NCBI GenBank assembly: GCA_963514005.1
Contig: OY740796.1
Location: forward strand, 14,260,001 to 14,324,000
Reading direction: 5' to 3'
DNA: 64,000 nucleotides
Source of the DNA: Raja brachyura
Taxonomy: Eukaryota
Made by a program: the position numbers and the translations under genes. Below are positions 38,786 to 50,199 of this stretch, piece after piece. Under the pieces are notes generated by a model. It was not told where the DNA came from, did no database searches, and worked only from the letters and a program-made list of their open reading frames with translations. Each line of letters starts with the position of its first letter. Within the stretch, counting starts at the first letter, position 1.

Positions 38786-39720
38786 TCTTCCACACCAGGG
38801 CATCAGAGATGTCCTCCTTCAGGGATCGGGGATTCCCCTCTTCTACTATAGATGAGGCTCTCACCAGGATCTCTTCTATACCCCATAACTCTGCTCTTAC
38901 TCCCCACCACCCCTCCCCTCCCCCCCCCCCCCCCCCACTCGTAACAAGGGCAGAGTCCCCCTTGTCCTCACCTTCCACCTTACCAGCCATCACATACAAC
39001 AAATAATCCTCCAACATTTTCGCCACCTCCAACGGGATACCACCACTGGACACATCTTCCCATCTCCTCCTCTGTCTGCTTTCCGCAGAGACTGCTCCCT
39101 CTGTAACTCCCTGGTTAATTCGTCCCTTCCCACCCAAACCACCCCCTCTCCTGGCACTTTCCCTTGCAACCGCAGGAAATGCTACACTTGTCACTTTACC
39201 TTCCCCCTTGACTCCATTCAAGGCCCAAGCAGTCTTTCCAGGTGCGGCAGAGGTTCACCTGCACGTCCTCCAACCTCATCTATTGCATCTGCTGCTCTAG
39301 GTGTCAGCTCTCTACATCGGTGAGACCAAGCGTAGGCTTGGCGATCGCTTCACCCAACACCTCGGCCAACCTGATCTCCCAGTGGCTCAGCACTTCAACT
39401 CCCCCTACCATTCCGAATCCGACCATTCTGTCCTGGGCCTCCTCCATGGCCAGAATGTGGACCACCGTAAATTGGAGGAGCAGCACCTCATATTTTGCTT
39501 GGGCAGTTTACACCCCAGCAGTATGAACATTGACTCCGATTTCAGGTAGTCCCTGTTTTCTCCTCCCCTTCCCAGCTCTCCCTCAGCCCAACTGTCTCCG
39601 CCACTTCCTTTCTTCTTCCCCCACCCTTGCATCAGTTGGAAGAAGGGTATCGACCCAAAACGTCGCCTAATTCCTTCGCTCTATAGATGCTGCCTCACCC
39701 ACTGAGTTATTCCAGCAACT
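38786..39720 (+). mobile_element. 5'-truncated Penelope-like element (Neptune-type), RT thumb/linker + GIY-YIG endonuclease + pLTR
   Basis: FRDRGFPSSTIDEAL, FPCNRRKCYTC Cys-linker, FTCTSSNLIYCICCSRC..YIGETKRRLGDRF..H, PVAQHFN, RKLEEQHLIF.LG.L.P..MN. Frameshifted. Confidence 0.93.
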
Positions 39721-39759
39721 CCCACTCGCACTCACTCCTCCACTCCTCCAAAACTGCTG

Positions 39760-40040
39760 CATTGGCCAAGTATGTACACATACAAGGAATTTATCTTGGT
39801 GCTCCGCTCGAAAGTAACAACACGACATACAGTAAACCATTAAGAATAAAACATAAAACATTAAGAAAAAAACATAGTTTAAACGTGAATGAAATAAAAT
39901 ACCAGAGCAAAAGGAGGCTACAGACTTTTGGTTATTGAGTAGAGCTACTGCTCGTGGAAAAAAAGCTGTTTTATGTCTGGCTGAGGCGGCTTTGACAGAC
40001 CAGAGTGGCCTTCCAGAGGGAAGTGAGTCAAAGAGTTTGA
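39760..40040 (-). mobile_element. Rex1/Babar-type LINE 3' end
   Basis: Reverse strand SLPSGRPLWSVKAASARHKTAFFP resembles the Rex/Babar ORF end. Confidence 0.65.
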
Positions 40041-41594
40041 ATCATTTCATGTTCCCTTTATCCTGTATCTGCACACTGAATGGCTTGATTGTAGTCATGT
40101 ATTATCTTTCCAGTGGCTGTTTAGCACGCAGCAACAAAAGCTTTGCATTGCACCCCGGCAAATGTGACAATAAACTAACGTTGAAACGTAAAAAAATCTG
40201 AAGCAACGTGGCAGACTTCAGAGGATCAACTTATGGAAAAAGGTTAACAAAAACTTGCACATTTAATAGAGTTGAAATATTGGAAAAACAGTGACTAAAA
40301 AATGAGATTGATGTTTAGAGATTCTTTAGAATAATCTGTATGGAATTGCTTTCCTGTAGAGAAAAGAGCTGGAGGTACTGAATTCTGCAGTGAAGAATGG
40401 ATGAGTGGAAGGACCTCTCTTTTACTGAGTGAGGCCCCATGACATTTGAATGACCCTTTCTTATAATAATTATGTCCATGTGCGTTATCAGTCTTGCCAA
40501 CTACAATCTCATTTTGTTGCTTTGCCGTCTTTATAAATCCCAGATGACTGTCTTTAGTTATTTCCCGTTTAAAACCTGATGGTCACAGCTTCTGGAAAAT
40601 GGCGTATGGCGGCTCCTTCTCTCTGACATCAAAGTGTGTAGTTGATTTGTTTCAGCCCGTGCTAGTTCTTCAGATCATGAAATTGTTACATACTATTAGT
40701 TGATTCCAGTTGTTTCTGTAGATGAGGTAAAGGAACAAAGAGTCCAGGGATTGCGAAAGCAGGCAGAAAGAAGATATCTCTCCTCCTCTTACCTACCCTG
40801 TTAAATGTTTACCATTTGTATAAGCACTGAAATTGTACAGGATTCTTGTTAATTAACTGCCATTTCTCTGCCTTTTTTTTTTCAATCATCTCCTTCAAAT
40901 TTTCAAATGCCCTTTAACCTTCTCAGGGGTCTTTTAGAGTCATCTAATCCATGGCAAGTAAGTTTAAATATATATTTGTCCATTTTTCACTTTCCCAATC
41001 ATAAACAGTAATGATCAGTGTGCCAATGGGATTATCCAGTATATTTATGCCAAGTACATTTGTATACTTTTATATGAATGAACTCATAATTCTTCATTTA
41101 TTCCCCCACATTTTAGAACATCCAAACTAAGATCAGAGGTGAAGACAAAGCTCAGGTTTGTGATATTAATGTGTTATCAAAGAATGCGAAACTTTTGATG
41201 CTCAGTGCAAAGATATGCGACAGTTGATCAAAATTTGGATCATGTTTTATTTGATGGCCACTGAATTGCAATGTTAAAAATCAATGCGGAAGCTCTGTTG
41301 GAAAAAGAAATCCGTTTTAAAGATCAAAATTCAAAGTTAACAAATTGCTTTATATCAGTGACAGGAAACCAGCAATTAGGGTCCAGTGTATGTTTATATG
41401 AAACAATGAACCTTGTTACTGAGCTATAATGAATAAAAGACTGCTAGCTGTAGTGGTTTCCAAGGCAATCAAAATTCTAAAGCAACTCAGAATACCATCT
41501 TTCATAAATGTAGGATAACCTAAGAACTTCATAACTATTGAGGAATGTTCTAATGTATGTGAGCAAACAGTGCTGCCAACTAAGTGTACTGTTG

Positions 41595-43370
41595 ACGATG
41601 CATGGATAGGTGGAAAAGCAGATTGTGAGGAGGTCCCAGGGACTCTTCAAGGGAACGCAGATACATGAAGCTGGTGGGCAAAAGATTCCCCCTCAACCCC
41701 ATTCTCCTGGAGTCTAACATGGGGATGAAGCAACACCATCCACTTTGCAAATGCAGAATATCATTTAAAGTGAGAGAAGCTGCAGAACAAAAGTTACATG
41801 CACAGACGTCGAGTAATTAGGGAGGCAAGTGGAAATACAAAGGGGATTGAGGGTAAAAGTGGAAAAATCGTGCTCACACTGTAGAGAACTTTGGTGAGAT
41901 GAGAACTAAAGTACTATTTATAGTTTTGGTCGTATCTGAGAAATATATTCGTATTTCAGGGAAGGTTCACTGGTTTGATTCTTGGATTGAAGAGGTCTTG
42001 TTACGAGGAAAGGTTGGGCTGATGCTCATCAGAGTTCACAAAACTAAGACCAACATTGAATCATACAAGGTTATTAAGCAGATGTTAACAAGGTAAATGT
42101 GTTGTCCTTTGTAAGCAAGTCTAGATCCTATAACTAACTTCAGAATAAAGATGGATATGAATCTCTCATGAATCTGTAATTCTCTACCCCAGAGAGCTGT
42201 GCACATAGCATTGTTAACTAGCGGTGTTCCGCAGGGGTCGGTGCTGGGGCCGCTACTCTTCACAGTGTTTATCAATAATTTGGATTTAAAGAATTGAAAG
42301 ATTTGTGGCCAAGTTTGTAGATGATACAAAGATAAGTGGAGGGGCTGGTAGTGTAGAGAAACTGGGAATTTGCAGAAGGACTTGGACAGGTTGGGAGAGA
42401 AAGATGAGAAGTGGAATACAGCATAGCAAATTGTGGAGTCATGCATTTTGGTAATAGGAATAAAGACGTAGACTATTTTCTAAATGCGGAGAGAATTCAG
42501 AAGTCGGAGGTGCAAAGGGACTTGGGAGTGCTGGTACAGGATTTCCAAAAATTCATTTGAAAGTTGAATTGGTAGTAAGGCGAATGCAATACTTACATGT
42601 ATTTAGAGAGGGCTAGATTACAAAAAAACAGGGATATCATGCTAAGGCTTTATAAGTTACTGGTCAGACTGCATTTGCAGTACTGGGCCCCATATCTGAG
42701 AAAGCGTGTGCTGAGAATGGAGAGAGTCCAGATGAGGTTTACGAGAAAGATTCCATGAATGTGTGGGTTAACATATGGTGAGCATTTGAAGTCACTGGGC
42801 CTGTACTCATTGGAGTTTAGAAGGATGAGGGAGGACCTCATTGAAACTTACCGAATAGTGAAAGGCCTGGATAGAGAGGATGGTTCCACTAGTGGAAGAG
42901 CCCAGGACCAGAGGTCATAGCCTCAGAATAAATGGATATGCCTTTAGAAAGGAGATGAGGAGGAATTTATTTAGTCAGAGGGTGGTGAATCTGTGGAATT
43001 CATTGCTACACATGGCTGTGGGGCCAAGTCGATGGATATTTTTCAGGTGGAGATTGACAGATACGTGATTAGTACGGGTGTCGGGGCTAATGGGGCGAAG
43101 GGAGGAGAATGGGGTTGAGAGGGAAAGATAGATCAACCATGATTGATTAGTGCAGTAGACTTGATGGGTCAAATGGCCTAATTCTGCTCTGAGAACTTAT
43201 GAATTGGCTCAACTCAAGGGACTATATTCATGAGTTCATAAGACATACAGTAGGAGCAGATTTAGGCGATTTGGCTCATCATCATTCAACCATTGCTGAT
43301 CTATTTTCCTCTCAACCCCATTATACTACCTTCTTCCCATAACCTTAGCCAGACACCCTTACAAATCAAT
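41595..43370 (+). mobile_element. Cluster of CR1 fragments (best preserved 42210-43200; inverted tail 43230-43370)
   Basis: VTSGVPQGSVLGPLLF, PRTRGHSLRI, FSQRVVNLWNSL motifs. Confidence 0.88.
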
Positions 43371-44121
43371 ACTGTATATAACCTATTTTTTTTTAATTAT
43401 ACACAGCAATAATCTGGCAAATGGCAGCGAGAAAAATGGTTGGATCATATTTTCAGTCTTGACCAAGGGACAAATGCTGAATAAATCCCCAATATATTTC
43501 AGACAGTACATGTAATGTATTTGATTGTTAGATTTATTGAAAAACAGTATTCATTTTTTCATACAAAATATTTTGGTAAATACATTTCACTCCACATTCA
43601 GTGAGGAGTTTGTCACAGTACTCAAACAATACAAAAGGATACAATAACTTGCATAAATATAGGAATATGTAAAATAGGCCATAATACATAACTAGATTAA
43701 TTACAGTATCAAAGTCAAAGATCTTGTATTGGAAAAAACGGAGACCAAAGTAAACTTCTGCTTGAGCTGCAATTGGGATGAAGTAGTTAGTCTATTGACT
43801 TCTGATAACTTTATCAAATTCAGTTTAAAATGTGATCTAATAAACTCGCTAAGCCGCCAGACCACTGATTAGCCTGCTGCAAATTGAGCACAATTCACAA
43901 CACGTACGGTCTCGTGCCCCTCAATGTAAATGTTTGCAGTTCTGGGAAAAAGTATTTTTTCAAATTTTAATTATTTAAAAAATCTGCTACAAATCAACCA
44001 AATATTACAGTATGCGGCAGATTCCGTTGTACACAGACCAGCATTTGAGCCGCTCAACCTTGTTTCAGTGTTACACCTAGTTATTGCTTTGATTGCTAGC
44101 AAAGACAAATAGTTCAGAGTT

Positions 44122-44127
44122 TTTATT
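44122..44127 (-). terminator. Candidate poly(A) signal AATAAA of microseminoprotein-like gene
   Basis: First AATAAA I found on the - strand after the stop (~710 nt). An alternative lies at 43533-43538. Confidence 0.45.
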
Positions 44128-44833
44128 GTGTCAGTCACTGGATTGGTGGCTGCAGTAAAAATATTTAGTGGGGTTCATTATCTTCAAAAGCAAATAACAT
44201 TTTTTTGCTTCTTAAAAACATTCAGTATTTTGTAAACGAACTAAGACTAGAATTGCTATTTTTGGGTCTGTAAATGAATTCCAAAGTATTAGTCTTTGAA
44301 AAAACAATGGATTTTTAAAAACCATATAATAGATTATCTAATATTCTATTTACCCTAAGTCCACCTATGCAGACTTTAGGCAGGCAGAAATAGATAATCT
44401 ATCATGCAACAGTTTTCAAAACCTGGACATCGATCGTTTTTTTTTGTCATGTACTCATATTCTGGAACCATCGCACAAAATAATTGACCTAATGCGTTTT
44501 CAACCGTCTAAACTCAACCGTGTCTAACTCTTCAGTTAATCGAACCAGAGACGATTATCGAGGCCTCATCGTAACTAAACATTTTCCCCGTGTTTAGCTG
44601 AAACTCGGTCATAGTCAAATGAACTAAAGCAATCCAGTTGGCTTGCATGTGTTGTAAAGATAGAGATTTGAATATTCATTTTAACAATAGCTGTGTAATG
44701 CATTCAGGTATTGTCCTCGACAAATCTATTTTTAACTCTTCTGGATTCTATAAAGAATCTTGTCATTTCTCTAATAGTGCACAGTGAGGGAATGGGAGTG
44801 CGGAGATGAAATGATCGCCTTAAGCAGTCAGAT

Positions 44834-44954
44834 TCAGCCAACCCAGCTGTAGGCGCGGCAGTCTTTGTCTGGATGAGAGCGATACACTATCCGGTAGCTA
44901 CAATCCATGTAGATAGGTTTGCACTTCTTAGGCCATGAGGTTGGTCTCATTGGT
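44834..44954 (-). CDS. Microseminoprotein-like gene, exon 3 (terminal, TGA)
   Basis: tttttcttccatgtgcag acceptor (phase 2). Encodes TPMRPTSWPKKCKPIYMDCSYRIVYRSHPDKDCRAYSWVG*, aligning to the MSMB C-domain P..Y..C....C.Y.VV...P.K.C...W. Confidence 0.92.
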
Positions 44955-45429
44955 CTGCACATGGAAGAAAAATGAATACAGAATCAAGACATGTGACTTT
45001 AAAATAAAAGAGATAGATAATAAAAACAAAATATACTTTGTTCATTTGATTGTAGTTCCACTGAACAAAAATAACAACCACCTCAATGCTAGCAACTAAT
45101 TTGGGCCATTTGGTAGTACCTTTAAGGTGGAGTTGGAGATGGTGAGGGTGGGTTTGGTTCAGGATTTGGTTTTAGGGAATGAAGCTGGACAGGCGTATGG
45201 AGTATTAGTGAGCAAACTTTCTATGTGGGCCTGATATATTTATGCCGTTGCTGTGGAAATTTTCAAGAATATAGGAGCCATTGCTGTAAATTGGGACAAA
45301 GCCAATTTTGCCAAACCAAGACGTGATGTAGGAAACAGAGGCCTGGTACAGGACTACTCACATTGTACTACTTACTGTTCAATAGGGAAGGAAGGAAGGA
45401 ACTAATGAACGAATGAACCAAGTATAGAC

Positions 45430-46110
45430 GGCTGTGGAGGCCAAGTCATTGGGCATTTCTAAAGCGGAGATTGACACTATTCTTGATTAGTAGGGCATGG
45501 GGAGAAGGCAGGAGATTGGGGTTGAGAGGGAAGGATGTATCAGCCATGACTGAATGGCAGAGTAGACTTGATGGGCCGCAAGGCCTCATTCTACTGCTAT
45601 GACATGGATCTTATGAATAAAATGACGCAAAGGAGATCTTATAAATATAGCTTTTTTAGGGGTTAGAGAGGGAGTGTAGTAATAAAGTAAGAGGGTGGTG
45701 GTTCAACGGGATTAGGATGTGAGAGAGTTTTTAATCAGTTTGAGTGTTGGGTGAAGGAAGACATTTCAAACAGGGCCAGCAGGTGTACTGGAATCAGGTC
45801 ACTGATAATCTACTTATTTTATTTTCCAGGAGCTTGCTGGTTTCTTTGCAGGGATTCAATTATCAAAAAGCCATTCTCAGGACTCTGGATTTCTGGTTTG
45901 GGAATACTGGTGCACTCCTTTGCAAATTAACAAATTTATGCATGTTGTTCTTCATTCGACCTTTCAAAGACATTTGGAAAGGTAGTGGACAGGAAAGGTT
46001 TAGAGGGTTCTGTGCCAAACTCGGGCATGTGGTACTTGCGTAGATGGAGCAGCTTGGTCAGCATGGGCAAGATGGACTGAAGGACCTGTTTCCATGTTAT
46101 ATGACTCTAA
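45430..46110 (+). mobile_element. CR1 tail fragments in intron 2 of the microseminoprotein-like gene (45430-45605, 45960-46110)
   Basis: Tail motifs ggagaaggcagg..atcagccatg..gaatggc and gaaggacctgtttcc. Confidence 0.7.
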
Positions 46111-46321
46111 TGCAAATGGTCACTCTGACCACCTGAAGATTACTGGACTCCAGACGAGCACCAACATATAGAGCTTCCAGGGAATTTGGAAAACCGAAGT
46201 AGGGGAAGGATTAAAAAAAAAGAATATCTTCTAACTACTGTGTATTGCACGCTAGGCAGTTGAAGATGGAAATTAAGCAATATTAGTGACTGTTTAATAA
46301 TGCAAAACAGAAATTACTCAC

Positions 46322-46421
46322 GTGATACAGAAGAAGCCTTCCTCTTCACAGTAACACTTGTCACAGCCTCTTTGAAACTTCTGGCCTGGTTTGAAAATCT
46401 TGTCATTGTATTTGCATTTCC
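46322..46421 (-). CDS. Microseminoprotein-like gene, exon 2
   Basis: ttctattttcag acceptor, AC|GTGAGT donor (phase 1 to 2). Encodes GKCKYNDKIFKPGQKFQRGCDKCYCEEEGFFCI with the C-x2-C-x-C-x6-C pattern. Confidence 0.92.
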
Positions 46422-48969
46422 CTGAAAATAGAACGCGTCAAACGTTGATCAATCCAGTTACTGCCGCCAGGATTAAGTTAATTGGAGATAAATGACATGG
46501 CATTCCCCATGCTGAGAATGGGATCATTTGGCCAGGCCATTGGGCTGGCCATGTGAGCACAATTCATTTGCCTTTATGGAATAACTTCAAATCAAAGAAA
46601 AAGACAGAGAAGCATCACCCACACAATTGTCTACTTGTTATTGATTGTTCCAAGATAAGTGAGGCTCGAAGACCTTATTAAACTTTATTACCTTTTTGAA
46701 AAGGTGATTAACAGTTTCCATTGGTGTCAATGTGAGACGGTAAGGAACAATTCCTTCAGTGTGGATACAACATGAATTATTTGGTCTGCACACTGTGAAG
46801 TTTGGCATCTGCCAGCCTTGACTTCCCATTATCCTTCTGAACACATGTAGTGCTAATGCTGCCTTATCCACCAGAGAGGGCTTTGTTGATGAAGAAATGT
46901 GTGATAAATCAGATGGAATAATCAAGTTATGGATTACATCATGACACTCAATAAACAAATTTACTTCAACTAAATCCAGAATTTTGTTGCCATTTCTTAA
47001 GTTGCTCCAAATTCCTTTAACCCGACAAACTTATGCTTGCTGACTTACATTGATTCCCAGTCCGGCAACACTTCAATTTTACATTTCTCATCCTCGTGTT
47101 CAAAACTCTCCATTGCACGTTCCGGACTGAGTAACACAATCAGGCATTCCTCCAGTACCTTTATGACAGCCCTGATCTCAATTGAGAACATGCTGTGACG
47201 TGGAATTTGAAATGGTCCTTAAAACCCATCTAAATGCCATCTTAGCGTCATATAGCACGGAAACAGGCCCTTCGGCTTTCCTTGTCCACGACCACCCTTC
47301 TACACTAGTCCTCCCTGCCTGTGTTTGGCCCATATCCCTCTAAATCTCCAATCGCTTGTCAGTTTGACTTAAAACTGTATGTGAGCTCAAAACTGGGACA
47401 GAAAGCATTTACACCCTTGGTTAGCTGCAGTCACTGTGAATCATCCAGCTATCAGACCAAAAGCTGACAGCAAGGCTTTCAAATTGTAACTCGCCAAAAT
47501 TCACAATGATTTCGTGCCTTTACTATTGCGGCGCACTTTATAGACACAAAAGACACACAAAGCTGCAGCAACTCAGCGGGTCAGACAGCATCTCTGGAGA
47601 GAAGGAATAAGTGACTCCTTCAAACAGCACCCCCAATGTGGGATGCTCTCGTTCCACTCTCTCTGCTGAAGTTCTCTGTCCGACGAGAGTTCTGCAACAT
47701 CTCGCTGCAGCCCCTCTGCGAGATCCTTCGCACTTTATTCATATTTGCAACTTGTCCGTGGTTTCAATTAGCCGGGCCATTATTCCCCACCCCGAGTGAA
47801 ACGCAATTCTTCCCAGGAGGACTCGCTTTCCAGTTGCTACTCTCTAGCAGTTAATGTTGGATGCTTCCCAACATCCACAGCGAACTTGGTCATTCCGATT
47901 TGGCGCAAGTCAGAAAGGAATAATATTCTCAGCCTCCCGCTTACAACCTGTGCAATGGTTGGATTTTTGTTATAAAGTCTTGCCATTCTGTCCAGCCCCC
48001 TCCAGTCCTGCACCCTTCTCCTCCCACGCACTCAGCCAAGACATTCGTCTAAAACAGAGTAATTAGGCCATTGCTCGACCCTGCCTACACTAATGTTTGC
48101 TCCCCACCCAGCTCCGTTGGTAACGGCGGGCTGCTAACCTTGCCACTGGCTGCGCTTTGGCATGTTTAAGAAGGCATGTATTAAATGAGCTCGAGTGTCG
48201 GGTGAAATAGTTCACCGCAGGTCTGGAAAAAGTTAAACCGACTTATGCCATGTTTGCAATTTTTAACATCGGGGACTGATTTAATACATTTTCGTTCTCC
48301 TACTTAATTAGGGAAAGAAAGAGGTTTGCGTCGATAATCTCATTCTTTGCCAGCGCTCGTCCGTGATAAACTCTTGATTTTATTCCCCAAATGTGCACGG
48401 TCAATGTCACGGAATAAGTTCTGTATAATTGTGTGTAACGTCGCTTATAACTCGGTGTCGACGCTGCACGTTGGTTGCTGCTCGTAAAGCGCCTGGTTAG
48501 AGCCTCCCTCCAGTTGCAACCGGGTATCGGAGATGAAGCGATCGAATACCAAGTTCCAACGCCTTTTCACGAAGGGAGCCGATCTGCCCATCCTTGTCCT
48601 CCACAGATGCTGCCTGGCCCGCTGAGTTACTCCAGCACCCGCTGTGTGTTGCTCAAACCTGCAGCATCTGCTGTTCCCTGTGTCTCCAAACCCGCAATAT
48701 GGCCATTCCCAACTCCTTTGGGAACTACGGGCTGCTAACTCTTCCACCGACCGCGCCTTAGGAAGCTTAAGAAGGTGTTACCATGTGTTAGATTACATCC
48801 TTGCAAAAGTCTCTACTGTGAACATGATGAAAAGTGACGGTCCGAGATTCACATTATTGAGACAGCATGGAAATAGAACATTCGGCCCAACCTGCCTATG
48901 CAGACCAAATTGCCCCATCTACATTAGTCCCACCTGCCAAAGTTTGGCCCGTATCCCTCAAAACCTTGA

Positions 48970-49063
48970 AGCTGGAAACAAAATGCTAGAGTCACTCAGT
49001 GGGTCGGGCAGCATCTCTGGAGAAGAGGAATAGGTGACGTTTCGGGTCGAGACCCTTCTTCAG
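48970..49063 (-). mobile_element. Penelope-derived half element with intact hammerhead core motif
   Basis: Minus strand reads CTGAAGA-A-GGGTC-TC-GACCC-GAAA-CGTC at 49063-49036. Confidence 0.8.
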
Positions 49064-49284
49064 TTTATGTTTCAGACAATTCTTCGAAGAGAGCGTGTGT
49101 CTGATCACTGTGGCTGTTGGGCAATGGATGGGAGTGATCTGTAAGAGTGATGGGGAGTGAAAGAATGACCCTGCTCCCATTGCAGCCACTTTAGGGCCAT
49201 TCCCCTCCCATCCCGCCTCATTCACGCCGTTATGCCCCAACCCACACACCGACCCAGCTCGGCTCCCAGCTGCCCTTTGCTCAC

Positions 49285-49396
49285 CTTGACCGAAATAGAG
49301 CCCCGCTTCGGAAGGACTCGCCACCCAGAGAAGGACCAAAGCAAGACAGAGCACGGCATACACAGACAGCCGACTCCAGGACGCGCCGGGCTCCAT
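49285..49396 (-). CDS. Microseminoprotein (PSP94/MSMP/MSMB)-like gene, coding exon 1 (signal peptide)
   Basis: gagATGG start. MEPGASWSRLSVYAVLCLALVLLWVASPSEA|GLYFGQ has a hydrophobic core and an S-E-A cleavage site. Donor AAG|GTGAGC (phase 1). TATA box ~80 nt upstream. Confidence 0.88.
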
Positions 49397-49474
49397 CTCA
49401 ATGCACAAGGAGGTAGCTTCAAACCGGAGAACAGGAGCGGCTAGCGTTGTGATGGGGACCCCGGCGCTCAGGGC

Positions 49475-49481
49475 TTTTATA
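49475..49481 (-). promoter_or_regulatory. TATA box (TATAAAAG) of microseminoprotein-like gene
   Basis: Consensus TATAAAAG followed by a GC-rich spacer. Predicted TSS ~49450 and 5'UTR ~55 nt. Confidence 0.75.
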
Positions 49482-49864
49482 CAGAAGCAGCGTCCAGCAC
49501 CTGGAGCCCACAGGTACTTGCATCATTTATTGCACGGAGCGCTGCCAGGAAACTCATTTCCTCCCTGGCGTGTTTTGCAGGACTTGGAGTTGGCCGCTTT
49601 GATGATTGCAGATCACGCCCAACCTGCGGCTGTCTCCCCCAAACCAGAGCCAGCTCGTCCCTCTCCCACCCTCCAAAAATAACACCGCCTCAAATATTGA
49701 TTCACTTACTTGGCGTGTGGACGAGCCGGGAATCTCTGACATTTCCTCCCCGCAACCCAGTGCCAAGAGCGTCAACGCCTCCATGACAACCGGCGCTGGG
49801 TCTGTGTTTCATGTCAACATTGCAAGCCCTGCCCTCAGTCTCTGCAGCGGGACTCAACACAGGG

Positions 49865-50190
49865 TCACAAACAAAAAGCTGGAGTACAAACACCACGGGC
49901 CAGGCAGCATCTCTGGGGAAAGGGGATAGGTGACGTTTCGTGTCGAGACTGGGAGTCAGGGGAGAGGGGAGCGAGAGATGTAAAGGATGATATGGCGAGA
50001 TGAATAACACATGAATGAAAGATGTGCAAAAACAAGTAACGGTCCATGCATGGTTGGCTGTGGGCCAGGTGCTAAGGAGTTCTGCAGACAATGAAACTCA
50101 TCAGGACGACAGTGAAACTAGTGTAACGACTAGGGTAGGGGAGGCAGGGGTTATGTGAAGTTAGAGAAGTCAATATTCACTGCGCTGGGT
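49865..50190. mobile_element. Penelope-derived fragment
   Basis: gctggagta..ggcagcatctctgg..taggtgacgtttcg arm, followed by the inverted GIY-YIG C-terminal remnant (caatattcac..gggttggaggc). Confidence 0.65.
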
Positions 50191-50199
50191 TGGAGGCAG

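Noticed and set aside
46638-46958. Cys-containing minus ORF as an extra exon of the microseminoprotein-like gene
   Set aside because: The nearest acceptor gives an immediate stop in phase 1, and the 3-exon model is already complete.
48992-49408. 138-aa single-exon ORF as the protein, or cathepsin Z (GLYF motif)
   Set aside because: Only the codons before the GTGAGC donor are coding, and the remainder runs into a repeat. Downstream exons are PSP94-like, with no papain domain.
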